Assembly (NCBI GenBank): GCA_000830275.1
Contig: CP010424.1
Coordinates: 120,001-152,000, forward strand
DNA from: an archaeon GW2011_AR10
Lineage (GTDB): Archaea > Iainarchaeota > Iainarchaeia > Iainarchaeales > GW2011-AR10
Length of the DNA: 32,000 bases
Direction: 5' to 3'
Numbering within the stretch: position 1 is the stretch's first letter; each line of letters opens with the position of its first letter. The position numbers and the translations under genes were made by a program. Under the pieces are notes generated by a model that saw only the letters and a program-made list of their open reading frames with translations, did no database searches and was not told the origin of the DNA. Below are positions 15,141-21,466 of this stretch, one piece after another.

Positions 15141-16136
15141 ATGAGGCATTTAGAGTCTGGGCTATTGGAACTTGATTCTGTTGACAAAAAAACCCTCCAT
15201 GAACTCGACTTAGACGCAAGAATGCCTATATCCAAGATAGCAAAAAATTTGCGCATTTCAAGGGTTGTTTCAGAATACAGGATTAGCAAAATGCAGGAAA
15301 CGGGCCTCATCAGGGCCTTTAGTTCAATGATGGATCCCTGCAAATTCGGTTTTTCAAGCTGGAAAGTCTACCTAAGATTCCACAACATGAAACAGGGAAT
15401 TGAAAAGAAAATGATTGACTATCTCGTTCAAAATAACAAAGTTTGGTGGGTCGTAAAATGTTATGGAAAATTTGACCTGCTTTACAGCGTGTTCGCAGAA
15501 AGCTTTTATGAGTTCAATGAAGTAATCAACAAATTTCACGAATTGTTTGGGGAATATATTCTTGACGAATCCATAAACAACCATCTTGAGCCACAATATT
15601 TCTCAAGAGGCTACTTAACGGAAAAGCCGCCAGAAGTTCTCTGTGAGCCATTCATGAAAAAACCAGTCAAAGAAAAAATTGATGAAACCGACATTAGTAT
15701 AATGAAAGAATTGGGAAAAAATTGCAGAATCCCCCTCACTGTGCTTGCAAGCAAACTGGGCATAACCCCTCGAATAGCAAGCTACAGAATAAAGGAATTA
15801 ATGGAGAAAAAAATAATCGTTTTCAACAGATTAAGCCTTGATGTGAATAAACTCGGAATGGACTTTTACAAAAGCTTACTATATCTGAAAAATATCGATG
15901 CCGAAAATTTTGAAAAGCTGGTTGCATATTGCAGGCAAAACAAGTTCATTAATGAATGCGTAAGATCTGTTGGGGAATGGCAAATGGAAATTGAGCTGGA
16001 AGTGAATGATTTCAAGCAATTCAATGAAATAATGGACGACATGAAAATAAATTTCCCAAACTTAATCATCAGAACTGAACCACTTTTATTGCACAAAGAA
16101 TACAAATCAGAATTCAATTTTTTGGATTATCTATAA
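15141..16136 (+). CDS. Fused tandem Lrp/AsnC-family transcriptional regulator (two HTH plus effector-domain units in one chain)
   Basis: There are two HTH_AsnC-like segments. The first is KTLHELDLDARMPISKIAKNLRISRVVSEYRISKMQETGLI. The second is ISIMKELGKNCRIPLTVLASKLGITPRIASYRIKELMEKKII. Each is followed by ~90 aa of RAM-domain-like sequence. The gene is divergent from the MTase-rSAM operon across a ~100-bp AT-rich region. The start could also be 15123. Confidence 0.8.
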   Translation: MRHLESGLLELDSVDKKTLHELDLDARMPISKIAKNLRISRVVSEYRISKMQETGLIRAFSSMMDPCKFGFSSWKVYLRFHNMKQGIEKKMIDYLVQNNKVWWVVKCYGKFDLLYSVFAESFYEFNEVINKFHELFGEYILDESINNHLEPQYFSRGYLTEKPPEVLCEPFMKKPVKEKIDETDISIMKELGKNCRIPLTVLASKLGITPRIASYRIKELMEKKIIVFNRLSLDVNKLGMDFYKSLLYLKNIDAENFEKLVAYCRQNKFINECVRSVGEWQMEIELEVNDFKQFNEIMDDMKINFPNLIIRTEPLLLHKEYKSEFNFLDYL

Positions 16137-16176
16137 TTTAATTCGCGAGGGTCCATAGAAAGTTTAAATGAAGGTA

Positions 16177-16196
16177 AGGTGAACATTCATGCTGTT
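16177..16196. repeat. 20-bp direct repeat AGGTGAACATTCATGCTGTT, copy A (flanks the TA module)
   Basis: It matches 16763-16782 perfectly, in the same orientation, 586 bp apart. Confidence 0.9.
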
Positions 16197-16207
16197 TATT
16201 GATGTGC

Positions 16208-16453
16208 TTATCGGTATACTTTCTCGCGGTGTTCGAACGTGTGAAATTCGATGCGGTTCTGTTTTGGTTCGAAAATCAACCGGAACGGCTTGATGCGAAT
16301 GCTTTTCTTTCCCGCTAGTTCGCGGCCCAAGAATTTTCCTTTAGCCGGATTAGACAAGACGCGTTCGACGGCTTTTTGGAGTTTTCGCATAGTGCCCTTG
16401 TCTTTGATTTTGGTCATCTGTTTTTTGAACTCGTCCGAAAAGACCGCGTCCAA
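16208..16453 (-). CDS. RelE/ParE-family type II toxin
   Basis: The 81-aa translation reads FKKQMTKIKDK....KAVERVLSNP..GKFLGRELAGKKSIRIKPFRLIFEP..NRIEFHTFEHREKVY, a typical RelE/ParE pattern. Confidence 0.8.
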   Translation of the reverse strand: MDAVFSDEFKKQMTKIKDKGTMRKLQKAVERVLSNPAKGKFLGRELAGKKSIRIKPFRLIFEPKQNRIEFHTFEHREKVYR

Positions 16454-16458
16454 AAAAA

Positions 16459-16680
16459 CTACCTTCTGAAGAATTCGTCCAGTTCTTTCTTGGAACCAAC
16501 CGTCGTGAAATGGCCTTCTTTGAAATCCTTTTCGCTTGCCTTGATGCTTTCCAGTAGGTTTTTATTGTTCAGTATTTCGGCGGTTTCAATCAGCGAATCC
16601 AACTCGTCACGCAACCGCTTGGCTTCTTCGATTTTCTTGGCTGGAATCAACACCGTTGCGCTGGTCGCCATTATCAACAC
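16459..16680 (-). CDS. Cognate antitoxin (RelB/Phd-like)
   Basis: It lies 5 nt upstream of the toxin. It contains IETAEILNNKNLLESIKASEKDFKEGHF, a pattern typical of archaeal antitoxins. The likely real start is ATG at 16671. Confidence 0.7.
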   Translation of the reverse strand: MLIMATSATVLIPAKKIEEAKRLRDELDSLIETAEILNNKNLLESIKASEKDFKEGHFTTVGSKKELDEFFRR

Positions 16681-16732
16681 CAGTAATACTGTGTGCCGTC
16701 CGGAATATAAGAATTCGCTTTTGGGAAATGTA

Positions 16733-16759
16733 TATTACGCTGAGCACTTCAGCGTAATA
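16733..16759. promoter_or_regulatory. Perfect hairpin/palindrome TATTACGCTGA-GCACT-TCAGCGTAATA upstream of the TA promoter (candidate operator)
   Basis: It has 11-bp arms and a 5-nt spacer. It lies ~25 nt upstream of a TTATATT TATA-like element that is itself ~25-30 nt from the antitoxin start. Confidence 0.4.
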
Positions 16760-16762
16760 GTC

Positions 16763-16782
16763 AGGTGAACATTCATGCTGTT
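16763..16782. repeat. 20-bp direct repeat AGGTGAACATTCATGCTGTT, copy B
   Basis: It matches 16177-16196 perfectly. Confidence 0.9.
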
Positions 16783-16826
16783 ATGTCCTCGGCCAGCTTT
16801 ATAGCTTTATTTTGATTTTTGCCTTT

Positions 16827-16881
16827 TCAGTCCGCCCATCTTTCTTCACAGCTTGCGCTCCGAATCATCGTCAGTCATCAT
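16827..16881 (-). ncRNA. C/D-box sRNA, copy 2 (one-nucleotide guide variant)
   Basis: It has the same C, D', C' and D boxes and spacing as copy 1. The D guide is AAGAUGGGCGGA (G instead of C). The terminal stem is a 7-bp UGCCUUU/AAAGGCA (16820-16826 with 16883-16889). AATTAAAAAC (16911-16920) is centred ~26 nt upstream of the stem, consistent with its own TATA box. Confidence 0.72.
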
Positions 16882-17061
16882 TAAAGGCAACATTAATTGT
16901 GCCCAAACAGGTTTTTAATTCTCACAGATTTTGTCCTGCGCAAAATGCCACAGAAGCCTGTTTTTCAGGGTTTTTAAGGCTTTTTCCTGATATTGCTTTT
17001 TAAATGTTTGTTGGTTGGATTGATATAATTCGTCATTGTTTGACGCTTAGGAGGCAAAATC

Positions 17062-17238
17062 ATGGGAGAAATTTTGGTTGTTGGATCAAAGGTAAAAGAT
17101 GCAATCAAGTCTCAGGGTTGCAATACTGCCGGAGACGCTGTTGAAGCTTTAAGCAAAGTCGTTGAAATGCATATCAAGAGGGCAGCTGACAGAGCCAAAG
17201 CAAACGGAAGAAAAACCGTTAGGGGCGTGGACTTCTAA
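17062..17238 (+). CDS. Unannotated 58-aa minimal histone-fold protein (alpha3-truncated, Bd0055-like class)
   Basis: It is not in the ORF track (under 60 aa). AGGAGG at 17049-17054 lies 7 nt upstream of the ATG. The translation is MGEILVVGSKVKDAIKSQGCNTAGDAVEALSKVVEMHIKRAADRAKANGRKTVRGVDF. The alpha1-L1-alpha2 layout and the NGRKTV L2 signature match archaeal histones (HMf: ARHAGRKTIKAEDI). The chain ends where alpha3 would begin. Confidence 0.7.
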   Translation: MGEILVVGSKVKDAIKSQGCNTAGDAVEALSKVVEMHIKRAADRAKANGRKTVRGVDF

Positions 17239-17302
17239 AAGAAGTTCCACCTTTTTCTATTTTTTTAGTCAAAAAAAAACCATTTAAATTAAAGTTTTGG
17301 GT

Positions 17303-17821
17303 TTAAGGTGTAATCCTTTCCAGCGAATAGTAGTTAATGTCGTTTTCTGCGTCAACAACTGCAATCAGTGCCTTTGTTTTCAGGTTCCCTGAAAGCCTCA
17401 CAATCCTGCTGAGTTCCGGCATTGAAAGCCTTTCATCATGCAATGCTACATGAATAACCCACTGTGTGTGCTCTTCTCCCGGCTTTTTGCCGCGGGGGTA
17501 AACGCGGAAGTCGAACCCAAATTTGAAGCCGGTTTTAATAACGTAGCCTCTGTCTCGTACATCCCTGAAAACAATGAATTTATTGTAAAAGTTTTTCTCC
17601 CGCTTTTCCGCTTGCTTGAGCAATTCCTCGAAAGAAACCTTTTCTCCGTTGCTGTCCTCTATTTCAATTTTGTCTTTCTCAAGCAAAAAAAGTGCTTCCC
17701 TCAGGTCAAGCACCAGCCTTGAGTTGTCACGCTCGCCGAAACCCTTCTGTATAAGCTGGTCCTTTACTTTTTTCTCTTCAACGAGAACCTTGTTTGCAGC
17801 AAGCAAAGCCATACTGTTCAC
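17303..17821 (-). CDS. endA: tRNA-splicing endonuclease (short, homotetramer-type size)
   Basis: The 172-aa translation contains VFRDVRDRGYVIKTGFKFGFDFRVYPRG....HTQWVIHV and SRIVRLSGNLKTKALIAVVD, the classical EndA catalytic-domain pattern. Confidence 0.9.
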   Translation of the reverse strand: MNSMALLAANKVLVEEKKVKDQLIQKGFGERDNSRLVLDLREALFLLEKDKIEIEDSNGEKVSFEELLKQAEKREKNFYNKFIVFRDVRDRGYVIKTGFKFGFDFRVYPRGKKPGEEHTQWVIHVALHDERLSMPELSRIVRLSGNLKTKALIAVVDAENDINYYSLERITP

Positions 17822-17985
17822 TGTTGACTAAGTTTCTTAACCCCTATTTTCTGACTTATTTAAGGTTGTTGAATACATTTACTTCATCTATATGGATGCA
17901 CTAATTAAGTTAATAAGTGTTCAACACCCTCATTTCACTAATAATACATTTATATATTAATTTATTTTATTTATGTGTGGGTAGC

Positions 17986-19089
17986 ATGGCAAGAATTGAT
18001 CCTTGGGGTTCAGGGCAGATAACCGATTACGAGCACGTGTTCAAGGAATTCGGCTTAAAACCTTTTCCAGAAAAATGGAGCAGCTCCCTTAAACATTACT
18101 TGTTTGAAAGGAACATTGTAGTAGCGCACAGGGATTTTGACTTGGTTTTCCAGAAAATCAAAACCAAAAAGCCGTTTGTAAATATGACTGGAATTGCTTC
18201 CTCCGGCCAGCTGCATTTAGGGCACAAAGCGGATTTGGATCTCTTTTTTTTCTTCAAGAAAAGCGGTGCACGCAACTACTTCAGTGTTTCTGACCTCGAC
18301 GCTTATCTTTCTAGGCCTGACTCTAGTGTTCCAAGCATTAAGAAAGCAAAGCAGAATGCGGTTGACAACCTGGCGCATGCACTGGCCTTGGGTTTGACAG
18401 AGAAAGACGTTTACGTTCAGAGCCAGGGCAGCAGGAAAAATCCAAGAAGATACTTTGAGTTCTCGCTGGAGTTAAGCAAAAAAATAACCAAGAACACCTT
18501 TGAAGCAGTTTATGGTCACGTTGACTTAGGCAAGGTTGCAGCAAACTTTTTGCAGTACGCTGACATAATTCACCCGCAGCTTGAAGAGTTCGAGGGAAAA
18601 ATGCCTTCAGTGACAGGAATAGGCATTGAGCAGGATCCTCACGCGCGCTTAACCAGGGATGTTGCAAGAAGGCTTCCCTATGATCTGGAAGTGCCGTCCT
18701 TTATTTACTTTCAGCACCAATCAGGATTGCGTGAGGGCAGCAAGATGTCTTCCTCGCTTCCTGAAACAGCTGTTTTCCTGAATGATTCCGCAAAAGATGC
18801 TGAACGAAAAATTAGGAACGCTTTCACTGGCGGCAGGCCGACAGCAGAAGAACAGAAAAAGCTAGGCGGCAACCCAGAAATATGCAAAGTATGCGAGCTG
18901 CTTCGCTTTCATTTCCCTGACTCCAAGAAACTAGGAAAACACATTGAGGATTACCGTTCAGGAAAAATTTTGGACAGGGAAAACAAGCAGTTTGCTGTTG
19001 ACTTCATGTTGCCATGGCTTGAAAAGCACCAGGAAAAAGCAAAAGAAAAACGCGAACTCGCAGAACAGATTGTTTCAGGCCAGAACTGA
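17986..19089 (+). CDS. trpS: Tryptophanyl-tRNA synthetase (archaeal/eukaryotic type)
   Basis: The sequence starts MARIDPWGSGQITDYEHVFKEFGLKPF. It has HIGH-like GQLHLGH and KMSKS-like KMSSS. FTGGRPTAEEQKKLGGNPEICKVCELLRFHF is TrpRS-specific. The track ORF start (17917, GTG) adds 23 AT-rich codons that look like promoter DNA. Confidence 0.9.
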   Translation: MARIDPWGSGQITDYEHVFKEFGLKPFPEKWSSSLKHYLFERNIVVAHRDFDLVFQKIKTKKPFVNMTGIASSGQLHLGHKADLDLFFFFKKSGARNYFSVSDLDAYLSRPDSSVPSIKKAKQNAVDNLAHALALGLTEKDVYVQSQGSRKNPRRYFEFSLELSKKITKNTFEAVYGHVDLGKVAANFLQYADIIHPQLEEFEGKMPSVTGIGIEQDPHARLTRDVARRLPYDLEVPSFIYFQHQSGLREGSKMSSSLPETAVFLNDSAKDAERKIRNAFTGGRPTAEEQKKLGGNPEICKVCELLRFHFPDSKKLGKHIEDYRSGKILDRENKQFAVDFMLPWLEKHQEKAKEKRELAEQIVSGQN

Positions 19090-19130
19090 CGGCGCCTAAA
19101 ATAATGCGTTCAATTTACGATTACAACGCT

Positions 19131-19262
19131 AATTCTTTACTTTAGATTTTTGGGGCAAAACTGATTCAGCATTAAATTCTTTACTTTAGATTTTTGGGGC
19201 AAAACTGATTCAGCATTAAATTCTTTACTTTAGATTTTTGGGGCAAAACTGATTCAGCATTA
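19131..19262. repeat. Perfect tandem repeat, 3 x 44 bp
   Basis: The unit AATTCTTTACTTTAGATTTTTGGGGCAAAACTGATTCAGCATTA occurs at 19131-19174, 19175-19218 and 19219-19262 with no mismatches. Each unit holds two small dyads, TTTTG-GGG-CAAAA and CTGA-T-TCAG. Confidence 0.97.
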
Positions 19263-19272
19263 AAGCAAAACA

Positions 19273-19281
19273 TTTATATTA
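19273..19281 (+). promoter_or_regulatory. TATA-like box for the PIN/UPF0175 operon
   Basis: TTTATATTA lies 23-31 nt upstream of the ATG at 19304, immediately after the tandem repeat. Confidence 0.4.
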
Positions 19282-19303
19282 CACTTGTAGTATAATATAT
19301 TAC

Positions 19304-19816
19304 ATGATTGTGGTTGATGCCTCACCTCTTATATTGACAGCCAAAACAGAGTTGCTGGACATTTTCCTGCAATCAAAAGAAAAAGCAATTATTTCAGAAG
19401 AGGTTGAAAAAGAGGCAACAAAAAAAGATTCTTTTGACGCCATTCTCATAAAACAACGGATCAAGGAAAAGAAGATAACAGTAAAAAAGGTAAAAGGAAA
19501 AAAGCAGGTTGAAAAAATCGCAAAGGATTTCAAGCTGCAAAAAGGAGAAGCGGAAACAATAATCCTTTGCATTGAAAACAAATGCAAAGGAATCGCAACA
19601 GATGATTATAACGCAATGAAAGCATGCACAGTGGTTGGAATAAAATATATATCAACACTGGCAATATTAGTAAATCTCGCAAAAAAAAGGAAACTCAGCA
19701 AAGAAGAGGCAATCCTTAAAATAGAACAACTTGCCAAATATGGAAGATACTCAAAAGAAATTATTGATGACGTTAAAAACAGGATAGGTGGTGCAAAAAA
19801 TGCAGAAAATACTTAG
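19304..19816 (+). CDS. PIN-domain protein (DUF3368 / PIN_3-like, VapC-type toxin)
   Basis: It contains MIVVDASPLILTAKTELLDIFLQ...ISEEVEKE...GEAETIILCIE......ATDDYNA. The acidic residues sit at the expected PIN positions. Confidence 0.75.
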   Translation: MIVVDASPLILTAKTELLDIFLQSKEKAIISEEVEKEATKKDSFDAILIKQRIKEKKITVKKVKGKKQVEKIAKDFKLQKGEAETIILCIENKCKGIATDDYNAMKACTVVGIKYISTLAILVNLAKKRKLSKEEAILKIEQLAKYGRYSKEIIDDVKNRIGGAKNAENT

Positions 19817-20096
19817 CATGAGAATAGACGAAGATGACCTGGAATTTGTCAAACTTGAGGCAAAAGAGGAGAAAGCAGACAAAGCAAAAATAATACGCGA
19901 ACTCATAGAAAAAGGCAGGCTCCAAGTATCTATAGAACAATACAGCAAAGGAAAAATATCGCTCGGAAAAGCAGCTGAAAAAGCAGGAATAACAATAAGC
20001 GAAATGATGGATAAACTTGCAGAACTAGGCATACAAAACCCCATGACAAAAGAACAATACCTGCAAGGACTCAAAAACGCGGAAGAAATGCTATGA
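19800..20096 (+). CDS. UPF0175-family antitoxin-like protein
   Basis: IEQYSKGKISLGKAAEKAGITISEMMDKLAELGI matches the UPF0175 HTH signature. The ATG at 19800 is preceded by GGTGGTG. It overlaps the PIN gene by 17 nt. Confidence 0.7.
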   Translation: MQKILSMRIDEDDLEFVKLEAKEEKADKAKIIRELIEKGRLQVSIEQYSKGKISLGKAAEKAGITISEMMDKLAELGIQNPMTKEQYLQGLKNAEEML

Positions 20097-20213
20097 AACA
20101 GAAAAAATAAGAAACTACATAAAACTAAGCAACAATTAATAGTTGAAAGCGCAAAGCATTTTCCATTTTTGAGATGGCCTCTCGCAGACTCTTCCACTGC
20201 TTGTTACTTCAGA

Positions 20214-20609
20214 TTAAATGACTTCAACTTCAAATTTTTCGTCCCTGAGTTTTCTAACCAGTTCCTCAAAGTAGTGGTTTTCCTGTTTTTTTAGCACAAT
20301 CCTGTCAACTTTCCTCAACTTTGCCGTGTTCTCTACTTTGGCAAAAGTGTCGCCCCACTCAAGTGCTTCATAAATTTTAATTTTTTTTCCGTTGGCGATT
20401 TCTTTTATTGAATTCATCAGGCTGTTGCACTGGCCTATCTGTGAGGTGGTGAAACCAAAGTTTTCAATTGTTGAGCTTGCGTCAACAACCACAAGCAGTG
20501 TTACCTCGTTTGCTCCCTGCAGTGCCTTATCCAGAAATGCTTCCTCGTTTTCCTGCCTTGAAAGCAACGGAATAAGCACTCTCAGCTTATGCTTTGCCAT
20601 TTGTGTCAC
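20214..20609 (-). CDS. Universal-stress-protein-like (adenine nucleotide alpha-hydrolase fold) protein
   Basis: The 131-aa translation reads LRVLIPLL....EAFLDKALQGANEVTLLVVVD ... WGDTFAKVENTAKLRKVDRIVLKK, a weak USP-like pattern. It overlaps the upstream gene by 4 nt. Confidence 0.4.
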   Translation of the reverse strand: MTQMAKHKLRVLIPLLSRQENEEAFLDKALQGANEVTLLVVVDASSTIENFGFTTSQIGQCNSLMNSIKEIANGKKIKIYEALEWGDTFAKVENTAKLRKVDRIVLKKQENHYFEELVRKLRDEKFEVEVI

Positions 20610-21364
20610 TCAATTATCCTGTATGTTTCCCTGCGCTTTTCAAGAATCTGCCCCTCCTCTGCAAGCAGAGTGCAGGCAATTTTCACCAGTGTTTTGGTTA
20701 AACTCAGGCTATTGCTTAGTTCCTGCAGCTGTGCCTGCTTCATTGTTTTAAGGTAAGCAAGAACGCTTTGAGACGCGGAATCAAACAATGCCGAGTCAAT
20801 AATGTAAAACATGCCGTCAAACGATTTTGTGCCGCGCACTTCCCCTTCCCTTATTTGCTCGCTTAACTCGTCGCTCAGCTTCTTTGCCCGTAACTCGTTT
20901 TTCACAACAAGGAAGCCGTCTTTCTCTAAAGTGAACTCGTCAAACGGCTTTTCAGTGTTGTCAAACTTTTTTACTGTTGCCTTGCTTTTTTCAGGCAGCT
21001 GGTAAACTGCTTTCTTGTATTTTTCGTTCAGCTTGAACTTTTCCACTTTTCCCTGCTTCAGCATTTCGCTGAATTTTTTCAGCTCGTTTTCGTTTAAGAG
21101 TTTCTCGAACGTTCCTTCAACCCTGTCCCGGAGCTGTTTTTTCTTCAAATAGCCAATAATGCGCTGCTCGGTTTCATCAATTGGCTCATCAGCTCTTTTC
21201 AATTCATCTGTTGTTTTGGCGGCTTCTTTTTCGAGCAAAATCCACACTCCTTCTTTTGCTTTCACTACATCGAACTCTTTCCCTGAGGAAAAACCAAGCT
21301 GTTCGGCTTCGTTCTTCGAGAGGTTCAGTGTGAACTCAGCGCCATTACTTTTGGCTTTAACCAA
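20606..21364 (-). CDS. Hypothetical protein with probable wHTH modules
   Basis: The 252-aa ORF has a C-terminal VLAYLKTMKQAQLQELSNSLSLTKTLVKIACTLLAEEGQILEKRRETYRI (wHTH-like). A second similar segment lies at IIGYLKKKQLRD...VEKFKL. I recognise no family. Confidence 0.55.
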   Translation of the reverse strand: MVKAKSNGAEFTLNLSKNEAEQLGFSSGKEFDVVKAKEGVWILLEKEAAKTTDELKRADEPIDETEQRIIGYLKKKQLRDRVEGTFEKLLNENELKKFSEMLKQGKVEKFKLNEKYKKAVYQLPEKSKATVKKFDNTEKPFDEFTLEKDGFLVVKNELRAKKLSDELSEQIREGEVRGTKSFDGMFYIIDSALFDSASQSVLAYLKTMKQAQLQELSNSLSLTKTLVKIACTLLAEEGQILEKRRETYRIIE

Positions 21365-21466
21365 TAAATCCCCAAAAAACTATGAAAAAAAGTGTTAATA
21401 ACCTTAATGAGTTTTTATAGCCACTAACAATCACCTTTTTATATTACTTTGGAGATATTTTTTTGA

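Larger units (their letters stand above)
12699..16881. mobile_element. Putative inserted accessory cassette bounded by 61-bp direct repeats (the two C/D sRNA copies)
   Basis: Segments 12699-12759 and 16821-16881 are identical at 60 of 61 positions and in direct orientation, 4122 bp apart. The interior holds rSAM, MTase, double-Lrp and RelE/antitoxin genes and looks more AT-rich by eye. No integrase or transposase is present. Confidence 0.3.

Noticed and set aside
19131-19262. Possible mini-CRISPR array
   Set aside because: The whole 44-bp period is identical in all three copies, so there are no unique spacers. There are no cas genes. It is a simple tandem repeat.
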